From Vicugna vicugna (taxonomy: Eukaryota): DNA of 64,000 nucleotides. The position numbers and the translations under genes are program-made. Below are positions 38,901 to 50,900 of this stretch, piece after piece (position 1 is the stretch's first letter; each line of letters opens with the position of its first letter). The stretch spans positions 3,767,239 through 3,831,238 of the forward strand of contig MU058384.1 in assembly GCA_013265495.1 (NCBI GenBank), given 5' to 3'. Below the pieces are notes generated by a model. That model was not told where the DNA came from and did not search any database. It worked only from the letters and a program-made list of their open reading frames with translations.

Positions 38901-41900
38901 TATGCTCCCCAGTGGGCTCTTACTGTGTGTTTATTTGTGGTATATGCCTTCTTATTTTCATTGCTACAGTCTGACCAAGAATTCTTTATGCCCTTAAAGA
39001 TTTTTTTACTCGAGTTAAGAAAATTTTGCCTTTCTAATCCCTTTTCTCTAGTTCTCTCTACCTTAACTTAAATAAAAAGAACTATTTCCAATTTCTCTGA
39101 TTGTTCAGTATTTTCTTTTCTTTTCAAATACTCCTACTTAAGACTGCACAGGAAATTTGAGCTAAGTAGGTGCCTTTAAGGATCTGAACAAATAGATAAT
39201 ATTTGTAGCATCTTTGAAGTCCGGGCATATGTGGCATTTTAATGTTATTTGCTCTTAATATGAGATATTAGTAATAATATGCTACATTGTCCAGTTCTTT
39301 GATGGAGAGTCTCATTTTGTCATATATCCCTCATATATCTCCAAAATAGGACCAAGTTTTATTTCTCTCTTTCTCTCTCACAAAGCTAAATGTATCAGTT
39401 TTATCTTGAAGGCAATGCAAAAACATTTTTATTACTCCATACAGCTACATTCATTTCTTTGGTTTATATATACAGCTCATTCAACAATAACCAAAATCAT
39501 TTCTCAATCCATTTACGAGAGTATGAAAACATACTAACTACTACAGCTTTGTGAGAAGTTGTGGCTGCAGAAAATCTAAAACAAGTATGTGACATTCTGT
39601 ATATGGAATCTTTTCTGTGTACAGAATTGGTTGTTATACCAAATTTCTGCCTTCCTTTGACACATTTATATTTATAGAAATAGAGAATGTATTGATTGTA
39701 ATAAGATAAAATGAAAGCTTTTAAAAATACTTATCTTTAATAGATTCCCCGGGGATAGCCAAACCAACATACGAACTTCAAAACTTTATTTCCAATTTAA
39801 TTAGCAATGAAAGGTGATAAATTATTGGAACTTATGATAATTGTTTAATATCATAAAATGCTCGAAAGGGTAGCAACAATCAGAAGTTAAAATGGTTTTA
39901 CTCCAGTAATGGACTTAGCCTCGTCCAATAATCTCCTGCCGCAGTCCGGTGTTGTTATAACCTTAGGTCACTAATATTGGTTTCTTTGCCTTTTGTTTTC
40001 AAGGTATTAATTTTAGAACCAACCAAAATCTATCAACCTTCATATTTGTCTATCAACAATGAAGTTGAGGAAAAGACAATATCTATTTGGCACGTGCTTC
40101 CTGATGACAAGGTAAATTGTGTAGTTATTAAGACCAGAGCATTAGTACTGAAGGACTTTATACCCTTCTGGCATTTATGTAGTGCAGGATATATCTACAT
40201 TAGTTAAGAAGAAATGGCTTACTGTGTATTTATCTTGGCATAAATACAGTCTGTAATAAAAAACTCGCTAAATTTTGGTTATGGATTTCACTCATTTAAT
40301 AAAATATAATTGAACTGTTTGGATTTTTATGATAGATGGCATAGCCAACCAAAGGGCACTCAAAATGAGGATATTTCTGTTTCACAAATTCATGCTATAA
40401 ATTAAATTATGTACCAAATATATATTTGGTATATATTAAGTATCATACTGATACTTACTGATACTTAAAATGTATGACTTAAAAGATGCATATCTTAATT
40501 CTAGGAAGCCTGTCAGAATAATGCTATTTCATCTCTCACTGGTGTGATGATAGTTATCATTGCATCTTGCTGGTTGGTTATCTAAGGAGCTGTTACATCT
40601 CAGATTAACCACTGGCTTGTGTGCTGGGCACAAGATGAGGTGGACTGAGCTGCCGCTGGTTTTCTGAAGCGTCTTAAATGCTCTCATTTTCACTCACAGC
40701 CATCATTTGGATAACTCTTTACACTTCTATATTTCATCAGTTTTAACATGTGTACAAATCATCCTACTAGTTTTAAAAAATAGAAAACTTTTCAAGACTT
40801 GATTCCAGTCCATGGGCTAAACCGCAAAAAATGAGAAAAGTCTTGTGTCGAAGTAGTTTTGTGGGGGCTTTTTGGTGATTACTTTCCAAAATACCCTTAT
40901 AATTTTCCTTAAACGTCATCCCCGCACTCAACAGATCTTTAGAGAGCACTTACTCTGTGACAGGCACTAACTGCCAGGCGCTGCGTTAGGCAGGAGGGAA
41001 ACAGATGTGTACAAGCTAAGCCAAATTCCTGCCCTCGTGGTGCTTACTGGAGACAGACAATAAACAAATAAGTAAAATATATAGAAGGAAATAAAGCAGA
41101 AAGGGGAATTAGGAAGTATATTTGAGGATATGGGGTTGCAGTTTTTTAAAATGTCAATATCAATTTGTTGAAATGTCTTTGAATCAACAGACCTGGGCTT
41201 AAATCCTATCACTGCCCTTGGGCAATGTGGCTTCTTCAAACTGTGGTGTCCTCATCTGTGGAATGGGATAATAATGGATAATAATAATATCCACCTCAAA
41301 AGATTGTTGTGGAAATTAAACAAAATAATGTAGGTCAAGTGTATTGCACAGAGTCTGGCATATAATAAATGCTTCATAAAGTTTAACAACAGTTAACAAC
41401 AACAATAGTAAAATCACAGCAATATGCAGACTAAACCCTAACATTGAAACCCCTAATTTAACCCTGCTCATCTCTTTAGATGGTATGGCAGCAGTCATTT
41501 GGGAGGTTGTATTAGGGAACTGTGATATTGTGATCATAGTAAGAAATATATATTTGATCTTAGTCCCTGTTTCTGGTAGAGTTCCTAAAACCCTTGGAAT
41601 TTTATGAGTGCTGAGAGCCGGAAAGGTATCTTTTGTTATGTTAATGAGTGGTGGTTTGGAAAACACCTAAGGATGGGGCCTTGTTGCCAGGGGAACCAAA
41701 TGAGTGATTAGAAGATTGAAACTTTCATTCCCACACGCCTGACCTTGGAGGAGGGGAGAGGGGGCTCAGAGGTTGAATCATTGACCAATGGCCGATGATT
41801 TAATCAAACATGCGTATGTAATGAAGCCTCCATAAAAATGCAAAAGGACAGAGTTCAGTGAGCTTCTGGTTGGTGAACACTTGGAGATTTGGAAGAGTGG

Positions 41901-44900
41901 TGGTCCTGGAGAGAGCATGGAAGCTCCAAGTCCTTTCCCCATACCTTGCCCGATGCGTCTCTTCTATCTGGATGCTCCGGAGTTACATCTTTATATAATA
42001 AGCCGGTGATTTAGTAAGTAAAATGTTTCTGAATTCTGTGAGCTGCTCCAGCAATTTAATTAATTTGCAGGGGTCCTTGGAACTTCCATTCCATAGCCAG
42101 CATCATGGCATGACTCCAAATGGTATTGTCCAGAGACAAAATTGATAATAAAAAATACAACTATATACATCTTGTTAATGTTGCTTTAAAAGTACACAGT
42201 ATTTTATTTACATTATTTTAAAGTATATGCACACATTTACTCACAAACAGAAGTAGTCATCCAGTTGAAACTACAAAAGCTAAGAGACATTGGAGACTTG
42301 AACATTATTATCTGGGACAGGAGATTTTCAAAGCTTGATTGGAAAGAGCAAGGTTATCCAAGGACACTTGGAAACAGAAAGGGGCTAAAGGAATTAGCGA
42401 TTAGCAAGGCCTGGAGAACGAGTGGAGAGCCAGAAGTTATTTGGAAGACAGAAAAAGAACAGAAAGTAAGCCAGAAATTTTTGGAAAATCAGTACTATTT
42501 CCAGCTAGTTGTCATTATTTTTCTTTTTCTGGAGATTCTGTGTTCAATAAAGGTAGCTTTGTGTGATTCTCTGATGCTTTGTGACATCTGTAGAGACAGT
42601 TTTTATATTATGCTAAGAAATATATTAGGATACAAATTAGTGCATTAAGGAGGGTTACAGATTTAAGCTGTGAATTCTCTAGCACCATTTTTACTATCTT
42701 TTGATCAAAGAAAAATTGCATTTGCATTGCCCACAATTCCTATTACCTTTAGCGCTGAAAATGTTCCGTGTTCAAAAATTGAAGCTTTCTTAAATCAGTT
42801 TCTAGTTTAAGTGTATGTCAGTTACTGTGCAAACCCTGGTTCTTTCCATAGTATATTCATTACCACTGCCATTTTCTTATTTTTCAAAATAGAAGTGATA
42901 CAGTTGGAATGAGGACAAGCAATAAAGATAACTTTTATTATTATATTCGTTTAAAGCAATTGTAATAACTGTAATTAAATAACAGATAAGCAACAGGTTT
43001 AATAGGTCTTAATGTTAAACAGGAAGTGGATTTTTTTTGGTCATAGAATGTTTGTATTTTTTTTCCTGTAAAAGTAGAACAACAGAGTATTGCTTTTCAT
43101 TTATCATACTTATTTCTTTACTCTCTCTTTCAGTATTTTCATTCTAAAATATGGGATAAACAATTACATGAGCTAGGATATACTTTATATTGCAACTTTC
43201 AAAACTTTAAGACCAATATAAGTCCCAAGAGTTCAGGGGCTCTTCAAGAATTACTCTATGGTCAGGGGCAAATTCACTGAAATCCCAGTCTTTTAACGGT
43301 TCTCCCTTTGTTCAACAGATGGTTGCTGCTTAAAGTAAGTTGGTGCTTGAAGAAAGTGTGCATATTCCATGAAAGAAAAACCTAGATTGAGGAGATTGAG
43401 GAAGAGAGAAGTTATTTGCAAGATATTTTAAATGGTTGTTTAGTTTAGAGTTCCCCTCCTCTGAGGTTTGAAGCTGAGCACTCCTGGCCTATCTGGTGGC
43501 TTCTCAGGCAAAGGCAGCGGGCAGCAGGGTCCCAGTGCCCCCTCCCTCACTCTAGCTCCAGCCTCTCAGAGAAGACCCAGGAAATTCATGAGGGGAATCT
43601 ATTTACCCCAGCTTCTAGCTTTGATGGTATGATGCTCTCATCCATCAGAGATGCTTTTCGCAACAAAACTCCCAATTAAAAGTGACTTAAATAATAAGGA
43701 AATGTTATCTCATACTGCAAGAACTTCTGAGGTGGATCGTTCTGAAGTGGGGGTGATTTCAGTGGCTCAGCAGTGTCAGAATTCCGAGTTGTCTTCCCTC
43801 TATGCTCTTGTTCTTTCTCTCACAGCCTCAATAGCAATTTCCAGCATCACTTCACATGGACATCATCCAAAGGAGGTCAGGGCCTTTCCCTCGGACCGAA
43901 AGTTGCATCCTGTGTCCATGCCTAAGCTGGTCACCATTGAGAGAGACTGGCTTACCATGGCCGATTTAGACTAATCAATTTCACTGTCCCTAAATACTGC
44001 CACCTGAACCTGAACAAAAGTCATTTTTTCTTAGCAGAGTAGGAAGGGAATGGCTGTTGCCTGGGGAACCAACAGCTTCTGCCACAGTATAATTCCTGCC
44101 GCCTTAGCTCAGTGTTAACTCCTTGTCTTCATTCTTGCCCTAGCCTGGGGTACAGGATCTGAGGCTAACCAGTTCCTAGAAGATGGTACTTGTGCTGATT
44201 GGATTAGATTGGGTGTTGGTTGGGGTTGGTTGGGACTAATCATCACTCCAGCTCTGCCTCTGCCCTGCCCTTTTCCAGTGATTCACAGACCTGCCCAGGA
44301 GACTTTTACCTTATCTGCTGGCTTTGTAGCTCACCAGCGCCTCTAAGTGGTGAGTCCCAGTAGCAAGGGAGGTGGGGAGAGAGGGCGCCTTATTCCAGAT
44401 CACTCCATGTCAGGCTCTGGGATTTACACCACTGAAATGGAGCATTCCCTGGCAGCACTCATGACCTTCCAGGAACCTAACATTCTGGAAATGCTCTACT
44501 TCTTTCCAACAATATCAGCCCAATCAATCTGGGGAAATCTCTCCTTGGATGCTCCCAGAACAGGGCAGGGGGAAGATGGATTTTACCAGTGCTTGGTGTT
44601 TGTCAGTTGCTGTGTTAGTTTGCAGGCTTGCACACTGCCCTACCCGCCCTGCACTCGACCCCCACCTCTTGATCCTGGGGATGGCCTTAGAAAGCAGCTC
44701 AGTTGCAGGCTCTGAGGATAAGGCTGCATGTGTGCAAGGAGTGTGCATGTAACAGCTGCAGTTCTTGGGTCACATATATTTAGAAGGTCACCTGAGGCCA
44801 ACAGGATTTAGAAGCAACTTTCCAAATTACCAGCTGAAGCTGCAGGCTGCTATTTTAGTTTAAGTCCTTCTGTTCTCTGGTTAAGAAAGCCACATTCCAT

Positions 44901-47900
44901 GAGTACCTCCCTATGGTCTCTTCCCTATCTGGGTTTCCTGTTCAGCAGCGTTTGCTCTGCGTCAATTCAGGTCACATCCCCATGACCTCGCTGGTGTGCA
45001 CTGAAAGTAGTTTTTTAGTAAATCTACTTCGGGTTTGAAAGTATCTATTTCTAAGTTGCATGGTCCTAGCAAAGAATTAGGTGCTGTGGTTGTAAATTGT
45101 GGAGTTTTGAATTGCTTCGGCCAAAAGGAGAGTCCTGGGCTATCTCGGAGCCCATTGGCTTCATTATCCATTTCACTAGCCTGGCCAAGATCTCAGCCTC
45201 TGCCAGTGTTTTAAGTGGGTGGGTAAGAGCTTGTTTTCCTGGGTGTTTTACATTTTACAGAATTGAATTGCAGTCTGAATTGACTACAGTTAAGGTACTT
45301 GCTAAACTTAGACACATGTATCCACTACTTTATTTCTATAAAAATATTTATGTTGTTAATCCTATATTGTTGTTAGACATCTTTTTGTGGGGAATGCCAT
45401 CTATCTTGTCATTTATTTAATTTAGAGACATACGGAATTAATACTAATTTTAACTTAGCTTTAGTAATAAGCTCAAGAAATAAGATCCCCCTTTTTTTAT
45501 CCTGACCCTGCAAATCATGTTTATCATATGATAATCAAATTTCTTATGTTCAGACTTTATTAGTATATTGAATTTTGCATAAACTAGGTAATAACACATT
45601 GTAGCTGTGATGGACACTGTATACATGTGCGTGCACACATACATATTTGCTGTACTATTTTCTGAAGAAATAGAACCATCATGTTAGTTAGAAAATGTAA
45701 CTAAAGATTATTCAGAAGCAATTATATTTAACACCATGCAGAGATTTTATTCAAATTAATGTTTTTCTTTCTTAGAAAAGATCACTCGACTATAATAATT
45801 GAATTACCTTGATCACTGGATTTTTTACTTCAAAGAATTAAAGCACAGCAGTTATTAGGTTAGTCTGCTAAAAAGCAAGTTTAAGAATTTAACGAGACTA
45901 ATTCTCCTAGGTTCTCTTGGAAGCTGTTTTATTGAAGTACAAAAATTGTTCAGTAGAGTAATCATCACCCTGGTGGCTTGAGAATGAACTGCAGTTTCCA
46001 TCCAGATAGTGTGTCCATGAAGAATTCAGCGCTAGGAAGAATTACTCTGTGGATATTATTGAAAAGTAATCAAACAAAATTATGGTGACGTTACTTTCAT
46101 TTGGTTGACTCAACCTCTGTTGTTGTTGTTCTTCCCCCTGTGTTCTAGAAAGGTATACATGAATGGAATTTTAGTGCTTCTTCTGTCAGAGGAGTGAGGT
46201 AAGTTTCCTTGATACATTTTGTTTACTTTGAAGACATATCTCTAGACTATGACTGTCTCAGGTAGGACTTATAGTCATGATTTAAAAATGCAGAAAACTT
46301 CGAGAATCCTTCTGTTGATGAAAATACCCAGCCTTCTTCAGCCTCAGTATCTCCATTATGGAAAGATTTGCAACAAAACCTTCACTGATAGTTGAACTGA
46401 CTGTATACTTGTTATTTACTTAAAATATGATGCCTGAGAGATAAATGTGAACTGTGGACCAGAGTCAAGATGAAGATAAAAGTGAGCTATGTGGAGTCCT
46501 CTCTAGCTGGTGGAGCTGTTGGTTTATGTGATAAGATGCTTTTTCTGATCTTTTGGTATACCCACATCTCTCCCTGGATGAATCTAAAACATACATCTCA
46601 TCTACCAGATTGGGTTCTGTCCCTAATATGAATGTGGTGAGATTGTAAGAATGCATTTTTTAAAACTTCTCCTGAGGTCACCGTTAATGAAGTGTTCTTG
46701 AGGTTACAGTGACTCCCTTCAGTTCAGTTCTGACATTGCCATCATAATGCCAATTCCTGGGATTTAGAAATGAGATTTTTTTTTTAAGAATCAAGAACCA
46801 CTGGTTAAATGTTTATATACTTGTTCTATAGAAGCTCATGATAAACTAACCAACTTTTGCAAATTTCAAACCAAGTTGGTTGTGTTTACTACTATTTGTC
46901 TCCACATAATAGAGATGAGCAAAACCAGATTTCTGTAGGCCAGTTATGCAATACTCCGTGGCTCTTGGCATAATAGTAATTGATTTTGTTGGAACATGAA
47001 CTGGTAGAGGTCTGAGTCACTGATAATTGGAGTTTGCTTGGTGAAACCACCTGTTACCTCATGAATGATGTGAATAGAAACATGCCAGACTGACTCATTA
47101 TATATCTTTCCAATCCATGCCTTCTCAAATAAAGCATTACTCCTTTAACATTTAATTTTTAAAACCAGTCATTAGCAAGACACTCATTATTTGTTGCTGC
47201 ATTTTAAAGCAGTCCATCTAGGAAAACATGGTAAATATAAATTTTACTTTATCGTATTTTCCAATGAATGAGTTGGGTTTTTTTTTCAGTTAGGTACATC
47301 ACTCCATAACCTTTGTTGTGATTGATGGAATAAACAGGATGTTTACACGTGGCTACTGCTGGTTTATATGTTGGGCAACTTGAGTTCCAGTGTGTGACTT
47401 CAAAGAGAGTTCACTTTCCTTGGCTCCCTTCTCTGTAAAGGGATGACAGACCACGGAAGAAAACCTAGCTGTCAGCACTTGGTCTTGCATCAGCTTAGAA
47501 CTTGCTCAGCTCAGTCAACAGGCATTTATTAAGCCCCAGCTGTTTGTCAAATGCTGAGTCCTATTCTGCTAAGGATACGAAAATGACTAAGACGTGACCT
47601 CTGCTCTTGAAGCACCCACAGCGCAGCAGGGCAACAGACATTTCACTGCTATACAGTGTGAGATTAGCAGAAATGTGTTCAAAGACCAGAGGCGCAAGAG
47701 GAAGTCTTTCTGTTTAAGGTCGAAACAGGGACGGGAAGGGGAAAAAGGTCTTGGCTGGGCCTACATGATGAATAGAATTGCTTCAAAAAGTCAAAAATGA
47801 TGTGCATTCCAAATTGAAGGAACAGGAGATGCAAAGATATAAAATAGGGGGTTGGTGAACTACAGCCCACAGGCTAAATGTGGCCCACTGCCTGTTTTTG

Positions 47901-50900
47901 TAAATAAAATTTTATTGGAACTCAGCCACATTCATTCATTTCTGTATTGTCTCAGGCTGCTCCAACAGCAAAACTGAGTAGTTTGGCCAGCAAAGCTTGA
48001 ATATTACTCTCTGGCCCGTTGCAGAAAATATTTGTCAACCGTTGGCATTAAATAGCATGGCTTGACTGGTAAAATCAAAATTGTATCCATTGCTACAAAG
48101 TAAACAACTTGCTGAGTCCAAACCAAGTGCTGCTTCACATTTCTTCACTTCTCTAAAATCTCTATAACTAAGGAGGTGCTTTTACTGCCTCCATGCATTG
48201 CCTTCCCAGCTTTGGAAACATTTTATTGTTGGACAGATCTCATAGAACCAGAATTACCAAGGTCAGTCAGCCAGTTAATATTTATGCTTTTCCTCCCAGC
48301 ACATGGTTTAGTGCTACAGTAGACGAAGACCCCTTCCCCATGCTCAGTTGGAGGGACACACAGCTTATGTGCCTATAATACCCCAGATCTGCTTTATCTG
48401 CAGATATGAGTAGGAGGACAATTATCAGACTATTAAATAATTTTAGTATTGTGGTACAGGGAATGTCACTGTTAAAAGTGCTATTTAGAACGTTTTGGTA
48501 TAAACAACATTAATATCATAATTGGGACTGGATATAAAAAGTATTTCTTTTTCATTACAGTACATGGAGGTATTGAGATTACCCTGAATAATTCTTTTTG
48601 TTTGTTTGTTTCAGTATTTCTAAATTTGAAGAACGATGCTGTTTTCTTTATGTGCTTCACAATTCTGATGATTTCCAAATCTATTTCTGTACAGAACTTC
48701 ATTGTAAAAAGTACGTATTAGTCATTGTTTATGTGGGAAAAAGACTGTTCTTACCTGATCATTATTTTTAGCTAATGAGTGAACATGTAGCTCCTGTAAA
48801 GAACTCCTGGCCATGTGCTTACGTAAATATTTCATTTTGGGCTAGTATTTTATAATTATGTGGCATATTTAATTCGGGGGCCTCTCTTTAATAAATCAAC
48901 CTTTTCTAAGTCCTTATTTTTCTACAGACAAAACATTAATCAAATTTACCAGTTAATTGCCAAGTATTATGTCTCATTTTTAAAGTGCTCACTTATTATA
49001 TGATTACCAGAATTTTTAGTCTTGAATTCATTTGAACCGTCTCACTATTATCTATGACAGTGGCTCTTAGCTCTGGTTCATATTAGAATCAACTGGTGAG
49101 CTTTAGAAAGTCCCTGAGAACTACCCCAGATTTTCTGATAGAGGAAAAATCTGAGTTAAGAACTAGTGCTCTGATCTATACTCATAAGAGATAATCCAAA
49201 AATCCATGGACTGCATTGTATATTTGTGTTAACCTCCCTGAGTGTATTTCTCTTGGGCTAATAAATAAGTAACTTGTGTTCCCTTAGACTATAGTGACTA
49301 ATTATGGGGACCTAGAGAAGTGAGTGACAATTTAGACACCAAAGTGCAGATTAAAGCCACCTTGAGTGTAAGATTTTGCTGGAAATTTTTTGTATTCAAA
49401 TAGTCACTATTTGACCCCATTGTAAATGATTGATATCCTAGCTACAAAATACAATCTGTCATTTTTATCTTGGTACCAAAACATGTTTGTTTAATCTACA
49501 ATTTTTGGCTAAAGTTGTATCTTTATTATTGTAAAATGTATAGTAAAAAGACTTGTAAATAACGATGACTTCCTATGCATATATAGGGTCTACTTTTCTA
49601 CTTACACTCAAAGTCTAAGGGCTAGTCATTTGTTTTTATGATAATTGTAGCTAAGATTTATGGAGTGCTGACCCCAGACCTAATATCTATTTTAATCTTC
49701 AGATAAACTCTATTGGGTAGGTAATATTAATATTTATGTCAAAAATAGTTAAAAAAAAAAGAAGTAGAATCTTGGAGAGTTTAACTAGCCTATAAACATA
49801 TAAAGCCAAAAAGTATAAAATCTGGGATTTGGACCAGGCACATATGACTCCAGAATCCAAGCATCTAAAAATTACTGTGCTCTGGTCCCACTAGAAGTGT
49901 TACATTCTACTTAGAAATATTCGTGTTGAAAATTTTTGCATGAGTAGCTGATTTAAGTCTTTACCCCAGATCTTAAAGTCTATCTTTAAAGCTGGAATTT
50001 GTTTGGGTCTTTCACTTTCTTCTCTTGGTTGAACTTGCTTTTGTCTCTAACTCATCATGATATGTGGTCTTCATCAAAGTATACCGTCATTAGGCACCAC
50101 ATGCAAACTCCATAGACAGACTCCCAACTCCAAAATGGACTTTGTCTATTTTGTTCATTGTCATATTCCCAAAGGCCAGAACAGCTTTTGATTCTAGTAG
50201 ACACTCGATGAGTGTTTGTTGGATGGATGGATGAGTGGATGAAAAGAGATACTGTATAAGAAAAACTCAGTGTTTTCCTTCCTATGTAGGGAAAACCCCA
50301 GCTCCTCCCTACTGTGTTTCCTTCCTGTGTATCTCCTTTATTTCTCTCACAAAACACTTCATTTCTGACATTTCTGGTCACCAAATGTTTGGAGGTTTTT
50401 CCCCACAACAAGCAATTCTCTGTAACACCTACAACTGAACTCAGTCTACCTGGAGATAGAGTCAGATCCCACAAGTTAAGGGCTCTGTCCCACAAGAGTG
50501 TTTCTTCCCCCAACTTTAGATGCCAGTTGCAAACCCAGGTTGTCACCTGTGCTTTAGACAAACTGGCTATAGATCAGCGGCTCCAATGACCCCCTTCTTG
50601 GATTCAATTAATTTGCTAGAGAGGCTGACAGGACTCGGGGAAACACTTACTAATGTTTACCAGTTTATTAAAGGATGTGATAAAGGATACAGATGAACAG
50701 CCAGGTAAAGGGATACATAGGGTGAGGTCTGGAAGGGTCCTGAGCTCAGGAGCTTCTGTCCCCATGGAGTTGGGATGTCTCACCTTCCCTGTGTGGATGT
50801 TTCCTCCAACCTGGAAGCTCTCTGAACCCCCTACTACTGGGATTTTATGAAGGCTTCCCCATGTAGGCATGAACAATTGTTATTATTTTTTACTGTGAAT

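Noticed and set aside
50055..50561. Longest ORF in the track (168 aa, -) and neighbouring ORFs 50235-50876
   Set aside because: They lie across a MER21-like LTR and an L2 tail, have no recognisable domain, and are chance open frames.
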